A DNA stretch of 64,000 nt from a virus. Lineage: Duplodnaviria; Caudoviricetes. The stretch spans positions 1,821-65,820 of IMG/VR virus record IMGVR_UViG_3300046000_006661; one strand, 5' to 3'. The notes beneath the pieces are model-generated. The model searched no databases, was not told where the DNA came from, and was given only the letters and a program-made list of their open reading frames with translations. How positions within the stretch are numbered: the stretch's first letter is position 1; each line of letters opens with the position of its first letter. Shown piece by piece: positions 57,685 to 64,000 of this stretch. A program made the position numbers and the translations under genes.

Positions 57685-57752
57685 GTAGCCCTTCTGAACC
57701 TCCTGCTCCAACTTATATTAGTTCATTTGATATTGTTGGTGCGCTTTCATAA
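57675..57752 (+). other. Programmed -1 frameshift site and 23-aa C-terminal extension of the tail tube protein
   Basis: C CCT TTT TAA heptamer; the -1 frame reads (PF)LSSPSEPPAPTYISSFDIVGALS*. Confidence 0.85.
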
Positions 57753-57773
57753 AAATTAAAAAAAAAAAAAAAA

Positions 57774-57805
57774 GGGGGTTCTGAAAACAGAACCTCCTTT
57801 TTATT
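57774..57805 (+). terminator. Intrinsic terminator after the tail tube extension
   Basis: GGGGGTTCTG-AAAA-CAGAACCTCC followed by TTTTTATT; preceded by A16. Confidence 0.85.
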
Positions 57806-57844
57806 CAGAAGGGCTAAAAAAACAAAACAAAACAAAATAAAAAT

Positions 57845-58825
57845 ATGCCAAGATACATAGATTACGAAACATTTATAACTCCTAGTGGAGCCTTACCAGT
57901 TGCTCCAATTCAACCATACGAATATGCTTCCATTTACAATGGAATTAGCGATTTATTAATAAACGATGGAATAATTACATTTACTGGCTTGCCAACTGGT
58001 ATTGTTGTAGCTACACCAGAATCAAGCACAGCGCCATTTGATCAAGTTTTTGTTGATCTTGAGGATGCTGACGATTTCGTAACACTAAATTTAAATGGAA
58101 ACTACTGGAGCGGCAGTGCTATTGATAGTGGCGGCGAAGGCATAATATGTTCATATACTTCTGGAGGATTTTGGGCCATGGCACTTTATGATGGCGTAGA
58201 GCTGTATAGTATTATCCATACTGGAGATGGCGACCCTAATTCCTCTATATTGGATATTTCATTTAATCCGCTACAATCAGAATTACTAGAAAATCCTATT
58301 AATTTCGCTCCAGGACAAGAGGCTCCCATTAATTTAGTTCCAGGAGCTACTTATCAATTTGATGGTGACTCGTCCAGTATTACTGTTCCGATTCAATTTA
58401 ATCAAACTAGAAATGCTAGTTGGTATCTAGCACAAGTCAATAGATTCGGAGGCGTTTCTTATGGGCAATTAAATATTTCTGGAGTGGCATTTACAGGTGG
58501 CAGTTATCAAACTGTTACAATTCCATCGAAATCTGCTGGTGCTACACAGCTATATAATGTAAAATGGCTCAATGGTCAATTAACACTAACATCAGGAGCT
58601 GGACAAATGGCTCCAGACCCATTCGCAAATTTTAATTATGGAGTAGGAAATAATGTCTCCGCAATAATTCCAAACGAGATAATGAGCAGCTATAGCATTA
58701 TATCTAGTAATACTGGGAATAGTGGAACAGCTTCTATTCAAATCAATAATGCGCAACAATTTAGCGACCTGCCCTTGCCGCTTAGAAAGTTGCATGTTGT
58801 CTTTGACATTGCCGAGGATCTATAA
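57845..58825 (+). CDS. Putative tail-associated (decoration) protein
   Basis: 326-aa acidic, beta-rich ORF between two terminators, just after the tube gene. Confidence 0.55.
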   Translation: MPRYIDYETFITPSGALPVAPIQPYEYASIYNGISDLLINDGIITFTGLPTGIVVATPESSTAPFDQVFVDLEDADDFVTLNLNGNYWSGSAIDSGGEGIICSYTSGGFWAMALYDGVELYSIIHTGDGDPNSSILDISFNPLQSELLENPINFAPGQEAPINLVPGATYQFDGDSSSITVPIQFNQTRNASWYLAQVNRFGGVSYGQLNISGVAFTGGSYQTVTIPSKSAGATQLYNVKWLNGQLTLTSGAGQMAPDPFANFNYGVGNNVSAIIPNEIMSSYSIISSNTGNSGTASIQINNAQQFSDLPLPLRKLHVVFDIAEDL

Positions 58826-58831
58826 ACCACT

Positions 58832-58860
58832 AAAAAGGCGCTGTGAAAACAGCGCCTTTT
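58832..58860. terminator. Bidirectional terminator
   Basis: AAAAGGCGCTGT-GAAA-ACAGCGCCTTTT between convergent genes. Confidence 0.9.
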
Positions 58861-58881
58861 CTGTTTCTACATCTTTCTTTT

Positions 58882-59361
58882 TTACAGAAAGCTATTGTAA
58901 TCAGCAATGGTTAATACGCCATCAGTTTCCAATCCGCCCAACTGTAAAGGCTCAGACTGATACATATTATACTGATGAGCGAGCTTGTCGATCTTAGTTT
59001 CACAATCATCCGACAAAGACTTGTATACTTTTGATACTTCGTTCTTGTTGGTGAATGTAACAGAGCTGTTGCCATCTCTTAGCGAAAGAATATCTGAGCC
59101 ATCTGTGTTTCCCACTAATCCTTTCAATGCATTGCGCGATTGTTTGCGGTAATAGTTCGCCATATACATCTCCTTATAGATAGCCTGAGACTCTTGATCT
59201 AGTGGAGCATTAACTCCGCTGTAAGATGTATTGATGCGCGTATTTAATAGCCCCAAATTAGCGCCAAGCCATGCTTCAATGTAAGAACGTGGCACAATGC
59301 CAGTATCACCATCGAATTCCGTCTGAAATATTTTGGTTGCTAAACCACTTAATGTACTCAT
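58882..59361 (-). CDS. Putative head-tail adaptor
   Basis: Helical N-half followed by SLRDGNSSVTF hairpin; downstream of the capsid genes; GTGTAA upstream. Confidence 0.55.
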   Translation of the reverse strand: MSTLSGLATKIFQTEFDGDTGIVPRSYIEAWLGANLGLLNTRINTSYSGVNAPLDQESQAIYKEMYMANYYRKQSRNALKGLVGNTDGSDILSLRDGNSSVTFTNKNEVSKVYKSLSDDCETKIDKLAHQYNMYQSEPLQLGGLETDGVLTIADYNSFL

Positions 59362-59369
59362 GTATTCTT

Positions 59370-59375
59370 TTACAC
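59370..59375 (-). promoter_or_regulatory. GTGTAA motif
   Basis: 8 nt before ATG 59361. Confidence 0.6.
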
Positions 59376-59831
59376 TTAGTTATTGAGCAGCTTCAATAAT
59401 TCTTTATGCTTGGGATTGTTGTGGTCGATAACAAACGACTGCACAGCAGTAGGCATAATGTTGCGGCGACTATTGCGTGTGTAAGCAGTAAACTCTCTAA
59501 TAAGACTCTTCTTCAATACAGGCTTTTCGTGGTATGGATTTGTGCCAATCTTGAGAGCAAGTTTCTGCATATCAGAAAGAGACATTTCCGCGAGATTCTG
59601 TTCAAAGATTTCCAACTCATTTGTGCCGAATGGACTGATTTCACTCACGCCCAACATAACTTCCAACTTGCGCATTTTATCTGTAAATTCTGGAGTACCA
59701 ACTAAGCCAGATGCTTTCATTTCTTCAATTTCTTGAATTAGTGTTCTTTTTGGGGCGCTGGCAATTGATTCAGACACAGGCTCTTGAATCATTCCATTGG
59801 TTTCTTCTACTATTTTTTTCTTTCTAGCCAT
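59376..59831 (-). CDS. Hypothetical protein (Rho-N-like helical motif)
   Basis: LAEMSLSDMQKLALKIG...K..L.K.L motif; extended -10 TGTTACCAT 5 nt before the ATG. Confidence 0.6.
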   Translation of the reverse strand: MARKKKIVEETNGMIQEPVSESIASAPKRTLIQEIEEMKASGLVGTPEFTDKMRKLEVMLGVSEISPFGTNELEIFEQNLAEMSLSDMQKLALKIGTNPYHEKPVLKKSLIREFTAYTRNSRRNIMPTAVQSFVIDHNNPKHKELLKLLNN

Positions 59832-59865
59832 ACTTTATGGTAACATTTAAATATTAATTTTAAGC

Positions 59866-59942
59866 AAAAAAATACCCACCCTGGTTCGCATCGTTGAGAG
59901 GCGTGGTGGGTTTTTTGAAAGCTGGGAGGCGAACCCCCCAGC
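59866..59942 (-). terminator. Tandem hairpins/terminator after the major capsid gene
   Basis: GCTGGGGGG-TTCG-CCTCCCAGC, then ACCCACC-(24 nt)-GGTGGGT-ATTTTTTT. Confidence 0.75.
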
Positions 59943-59951
59943 CTGAATCTA

Positions 59952-61094
59952 TTAGGCGAGACCCGTAATGATCTTGCCAACCAGAGCGCGAGTGTCAAGC
60001 ACCATGCGACCTTCTTCCATCGAGCCGAAGTAGCCGATTTTCTTCTGACGAACGCTGTATTGGTCATCAGCAGTCAGAGAGAACTCCGAACCATTTTCCG
60101 AATCGACAGCAACAGCACGGATCAGAGACTCACGACCACGATCAAGACCGATGATGATCTCTTCATTAGTACCATCAAATGCAGAGGTGACTGTTCCAGC
60201 AGTATTTGTATACTGAGTGTTGCCAGCAACAGTATCGAAGATAGTGTTGAAGCGTTGACCACGACCAAGCTCATTGATTTCCATGATAGCCACACCATAA
60301 AACTCAGGAATGCCTGCGGAGTTATAGATAGCAGTTCTCATGTCTTCAGGAGCAGCGATACCATCGGCAGGAGAGCCACCAGCAGGTGAACCTTTGGTAT
60401 TGATTGGATTGTAAGCCATAGCGCGAAGCTCTTGAACAACTTCAGGAGAAACGATGATGTCGGTAAGACCACGACCTTGACGAGCATCTGGAGTACCACC
60501 AACCCAAGAAGTGTTGATACGCTTAGCGAGAGTGAACAATTCGTTCAAATCTGCCAAGAGGAAACGACCAGCGGTGTTGCCACGTTGAACGTGTCGCTTG
60601 CTGTTGGTTTGAGCATTGGCGAGAGCGCCAAGCAACAGGTTTGCAGAAGTCTTCTCTTGCTTCAGAAGGATTTCTTGAGCAAGGCGAGTGAAGGTTTTGC
60701 TGATTACATCCAAGCGGCTCTTAGCAGCATAGCGCTTATCGAAGCTCAATGCGGAGTCAAGAGTGTAGGTGTGAATCTTCATTTCAGAAACAGTAGGAAG
60801 CACTTGGTTCTGAGGAAGACCGCCAGCAGCGCTTTGGCTGTAAACTTCGATATAGTCTTCAGCGTTGACATCATAATAGAGGTCAAGCGGAATGCTAGGA
60901 TTGTCATCGGCATTGAATTGAAGAGTAGTGAACAAGTTGCTCAACGTAGGAGCGTTATTGATCACTTCAGCCAACACAGGACCGATGAACTCAGCGAGTG
61001 CAACTTGAGCTTCGGTCGCGATAGCGCGATTTTTCGAAGCCATAGCTTTTACAAGCTCGATTTGTTCAGGAGTTCTTTTAAGGGTAATTTTCAT
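59952..61094 (-). CDS. Major capsid protein
   Basis: 380 aa; order protease/scaffold, decoration, this gene; HK97-like segments (IIVSPEVVQELR, G.FGSMEEG..VLD.RAL). Confidence 0.82.
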   Translation of the reverse strand: MKITLKRTPEQIELVKAMASKNRAIATEAQVALAEFIGPVLAEVINNAPTLSNLFTTLQFNADDNPSIPLDLYYDVNAEDYIEVYSQSAAGGLPQNQVLPTVSEMKIHTYTLDSALSFDKRYAAKSRLDVISKTFTRLAQEILLKQEKTSANLLLGALANAQTNSKRHVQRGNTAGRFLLADLNELFTLAKRINTSWVGGTPDARQGRGLTDIIVSPEVVQELRAMAYNPINTKGSPAGGSPADGIAAPEDMRTAIYNSAGIPEFYGVAIMEINELGRGQRFNTIFDTVAGNTQYTNTAGTVTSAFDGTNEEIIIGLDRGRESLIRAVAVDSENGSEFSLTADDQYSVRQKKIGYFGSMEEGRMVLDTRALVGKIITGLA

Positions 61095-61117
61095 GTGATT
61101 ATTTTTCTAAGTTAAAA

Positions 61118-61753
61118 TTAGAGACCCAAGAAAACGATGGCATACGAGCCAGTCAAAGGATCTGAAAGATTTGCGGTTGAAACGGTAGCTGTGCGCGAGC
61201 CAGTAGCCAAAACCGTGCCGACTTTCTGGGTATCGCTGTTAGCGCAACCAGTAACTTTACCGCTAACGCCGCTAGGAAGTTTGAAACCAGAACCAATTGC
61301 TGGAACGGAGCCAGCGAAAGCAGAAGCAGCAAGGGTGAATACACCACGGCTAGCAACAGGAACCGCTTGACCAGGAAGCATACACATCAACTCTTCAGCT
61401 TTTTGTGGGTAGTAGAGAAGCTTCTCACCGTTTTCGTCAGTCTTTGCAGTTTGACGAAGAGTAATGCCAAGAAGAGCATCGCCCGAAGTCGCAGGTTTCA
61501 GCGAGAGGGAAACGCGAGGATATTGGTTAACTCCAACGTGTGGGTAATTGGTTTTGCCGAGATAGGAGTCGTAAGCGCTGTCATACACGATAGTATCGAG
61601 ATTGAGGTTGCCAGATTCCACGGTAACGAAAACGCCAGCATCGCCATTGTCGCTGCTAGTAACGGATTCATTAATGAATCCAGTACCCATAGCGAACATG
61701 TTGATAACATCAGTTTCGTTATACTGTCTGAATGGTAGTGTTCTAAGTGCCAT
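61118..61753 (-). CDS. Capsid decoration/cement protein
   Basis: LGITL...PGQAVPVASRGVF pattern; lies between the scaffold and major capsid genes. Confidence 0.65.
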   Translation of the reverse strand: MALRTLPFRQYNETDVINMFAMGTGFINESVTSSDNGDAGVFVTVESGNLNLDTIVYDSAYDSYLGKTNYPHVGVNQYPRVSLSLKPATSGDALLGITLRQTAKTDENGEKLLYYPQKAEELMCMLPGQAVPVASRGVFTLAASAFAGSVPAIGSGFKLPSGVSGKVTGCANSDTQKVGTVLATGSRTATVSTANLSDPLTGSYAIVFLGL

Positions 61754-61785
61754 ATATTTTGTTTATTAGATTGTTTTTGTTTAAA

Positions 61786-63351
61786 TTAGGAGATTACAAT
61801 GTTTTCTCTGCTAAATGCATTAGCAAATTTTTCTTTGAAAGAGACGGGTTTTTGCGATTGAGCTTCGTTGTTGTTTGGAAGAGTGGTTTCGGAAGCTTTA
61901 GCATTGTCAAGAGCTTCTTGAGCCAGCTCTTCTGCGGTTTTGGTTTCAGAAGCATTCGAAACGGAAATTTTCTTAGCGACTTCTTCGTCAATACGAGCTT
62001 GAATTTGTTTTTCGAAAGCTGCTTTAGCTTCTTTGTTTTTGTGTTTCCACATAACGGCAAGCTTTTCTTGATAAGAAGCAAAAGCTTCTTCGGTAGCAGC
62101 AAGTTCTTTAAGATCAGAAGCCAAAACTTTGCGATCTTCGTCGTCAAGCTCATAGCCTTGGTCGATTACTTCCATACGGGAATTGAAACGAGCAACAGCT
62201 TCTTCTTGTTTTTGGAAGTTTTCAAACTCTTGAATTTTTTCAACAGCAGCCTTGAGTTCAGCTTCAACTTTTTTAACAGAATCTTTCATTTCTTCTTTTT
62301 CCTTAGCCATATCTTCTTTTTCTTTTTCGGCTTTGGTCATAGAATCGCGATATTCTGCGTCTTTCTTTTTGATCGCTTCAGCGAAGGTCTGCGTCATGTT
62401 AGCAACTGCCTCTTCGGAGAATTTCTTCTCAACAAGGAGACCTTTTAGTTCGGCAAGAATTTGTTCAATATCCATATTAGTTTCTTTTTTGTTTTTTACA
62501 TCATCATTATTCAAATGGGAAATAAAAGCGGTATTTTTTTTAGAAAAAATGTTATTTTTAATGTCAAAATAGGCTTTTGCATCTCTTTTGTCTTTGAAGG
62601 TGATATTATTGGTAGTTGCATTTTCAGAATACAAACCTTTTACATCGGCGGCTGGTTTAGTAGTAAAGCCGATACCGAGTGGGAAGATTTCGCCTTTAAG
62701 AAGTCGATAAACTTTAGTTCCATCTTTCATTGCTCCATTGCCGCCGTATGCTTTGAGCATCGGTTTGATTTCGTTGAAGTGTTTTGGATCAATGCGTTCA
62801 GCATCTTTCGTATTTTTACTGCCAACCAAAATGTCGTATTCGCTAAAGCCAATTTCCCAGCTAGCAGAAACTGCTTCGTGAAGTGTATCAAGTTCGTCAA
62901 CCGATCTTTCAATCAATTTTACAAAGTCTTTGTTTACATGTTTATAAACAACAGCGCCCAAGGCAATATTGAAAGGATCTTTCATATCGCGAGCCTCTTC
63001 TGCTGAAATCATTTTGTTCGAATTGTTATATTCGCTGAATCCAGCGTTGATAATGTGTCCGACAATGTTTTCTTTGTTGTGTTCGATATTAGTTGGTTTA
63101 TGTCTAAAGTTTTGAACTACTTGTGCCGCCAAAGCTGAGTCAATACCATCGTCATTCTTGTTGAATTGATTAACTACTGCCGCATTAAAAGCTACGCCAA
63201 GCAGATCAATATTCTGCGAAAAGTCAATATCCTGTGGCAACAAAGATCGCAGGTTTTTCAGTGAAGCTTTAGATATAAACGACTCCTCTTCTTGCGAATA
63301 AGCAAGAATCGGTGAATCAAAAGAAGCTCTGTATAGATAATTTTTTTTCAT
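61786..63351 (-). CDS. Prohead protease-scaffold fusion
   Basis: N.NDDG, KPTNIEH...IVGHI, SASWE and G.GFT.KPA motifs, followed by a long E/K/A coiled coil (possible internal start MDIEQ). Confidence 0.72.
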   Translation of the reverse strand: MKKNYLYRASFDSPILAYSQEEESFISKASLKNLRSLLPQDIDFSQNIDLLGVAFNAAVVNQFNKNDDGIDSALAAQVVQNFRHKPTNIEHNKENIVGHIINAGFSEYNNSNKMISAEEARDMKDPFNIALGAVVYKHVNKDFVKLIERSVDELDTLHEAVSASWEIGFSEYDILVGSKNTKDAERIDPKHFNEIKPMLKAYGGNGAMKDGTKVYRLLKGEIFPLGIGFTTKPAADVKGLYSENATTNNITFKDKRDAKAYFDIKNNIFSKKNTAFISHLNNDDVKNKKETNMDIEQILAELKGLLVEKKFSEEAVANMTQTFAEAIKKKDAEYRDSMTKAEKEKEDMAKEKEEMKDSVKKVEAELKAAVEKIQEFENFQKQEEAVARFNSRMEVIDQGYELDDEDRKVLASDLKELAATEEAFASYQEKLAVMWKHKNKEAKAAFEKQIQARIDEEVAKKISVSNASETKTAEELAQEALDNAKASETTLPNNNEAQSQKPVSFKEKFANAFSRENIVIS

Positions 63352-63359
63352 ATTGAAAA

Positions 63360-63755
63360 TTAATCTTCGCTCTCTTCCATTTCTTCCTCTTCATCAGTTT
63401 CTTTGTTTTCGTGAGAAGCTGGATCAGAAGGTTTGTCCATTTTTTTAAGAAGAGCTTTTTGAATAGCTGGTGGCAGTTTCTTTTGCGCTGGTGTCAATTC
63501 TCCAGAATTGCTTTTTTCCATAAGCATTGCTTTCATATTGTCAAATTGCACCATACAGGCTTTCATGGTTGATTCATCATCCATATCTGTAGTATCAACT
63601 AAAGCTTTATCGTCTGATGCACATGCGCTCATAAATGTTTTATAGATCGCAGCTTTGCCATCATCCATTTTAGCAAGGGACACTTGAACTTCTCTGTTTT
63701 TAACTTCCACTACTTTTTCGAGTGGCACTTTAATATCTTCTGGATTAATTTTCAT
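63360..63755 (-). CDS. Hypothetical head-module protein
   Basis: 131-aa ORF with LTPAQKKLPPAIQKA motif and an acidic tail. Confidence 0.6.
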   Translation of the reverse strand: MKINPEDIKVPLEKVVEVKNREVQVSLAKMDDGKAAIYKTFMSACASDDKALVDTTDMDDESTMKACMVQFDNMKAMLMEKSNSGELTPAQKKLPPAIQKALLKKMDKPSDPASHENKETDEEEEMEESED

Positions 63756-64000
63756 TTATTTTGTTTGTGAATGGTATAACAATGCCGCAGAATAATCGTC
63801 TTCGATTTCAAATTCGGCTGCTGCTTCTAATACTTCTGGCAGAGTAGATAAAGAAGCGATATTCTCAAAATTCTTTACACATGAAGATGCGACTTCATCC
63901 CAACTTTCTAAATTGCTTGAAACAACAACGGTTTCGCACAACTTATCCACCATTTCCTGTTGATTATCAGATAATGTTTCCAGCGACAACGATCCTTTCA
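63756..64000 (-). CDS. 3' end of a gene entering from beyond the window (possibly portal)
   Basis: Frame is open to the window edge; lies upstream of the protease gene. Confidence 0.45.
   Translation of the reverse strand, partial: KGSLSLETLSDNQQEMVDKLCETVVVSSNLESWDEVASSCVKNFENIASLSTLPEVLEAAAEFEIEDDYSAALLYHSQTK

Noticed and set aside
57758-57773. A16 homopolymer as a phase-variation switch
   Set aside because: It is outside any ORF or promoter spacer; it may be an unstructured spacer, and its length is prone to sequencing error.
60060-63006. Long plus-strand ORFs opposite the capsid and scaffold genes (e.g. 60432..61115, 61747..62448), and similar shadow ORFs elsewhere
   Set aside because: These are antisense shadows of biased-codon genes, with no motifs or expression signals.
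1-64000. Stop-codon reassignment (alternative genetic code)
   Set aside because: Coding density is high under code 11, and TAA, TGA and TAG all end genes at plausible C-termini (e.g. TAG at 14012 and 52533).

Overview
This is a 64-kb segment of a large tailed dsDNA phage genome, densely coding in the standard genetic code. No integrase, tRNA, rRNA or CRISPR array was seen. The tail is probably long and non-contractile: there are three tail-tube paralogs, a 3724-aa tape measure protein and no sheath gene in the window. The window holds a replication/recombination block (DnaE split over three genes, primase, DnaB, RecA, nucleases, SSB), nucleotide metabolism genes (NrdAB, dUTPase, dNMP kinase), a sigma factor, a ClpA-like chaperone, about seven glycosyltransferase genes plus Gmd and FkbM, and head, neck, tail and fibre genes. 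Main discoveries: (1) The major tail-tube gene ends in a canonical -1 slippery heptamer (C CCT TTT). The -1 frame adds a 23-aa tail whose core, TYISSFDIVGA, is identical, with synonymous codon differences, to the in-frame C-terminus of a tube paralog 19 kb away. This site is interlocked with a terminator, an antiterminator and a 13-bp long-range stem. (2) The middle of the tape measure protein is a string of unrelated modules (two PD-(D/E)XK-like, one GNAT-like, others unknown) separated by about ten AxGGF(I/V)PNF repeats, suggesting a shuffled, injected polyprotein. (3) There are two promoter classes, sigma70-like and a GTGTAA motif, both placed to give near-leaderless mRNAs. All family assignments come from motif recognition by eye and need HMM or structure confirmation.
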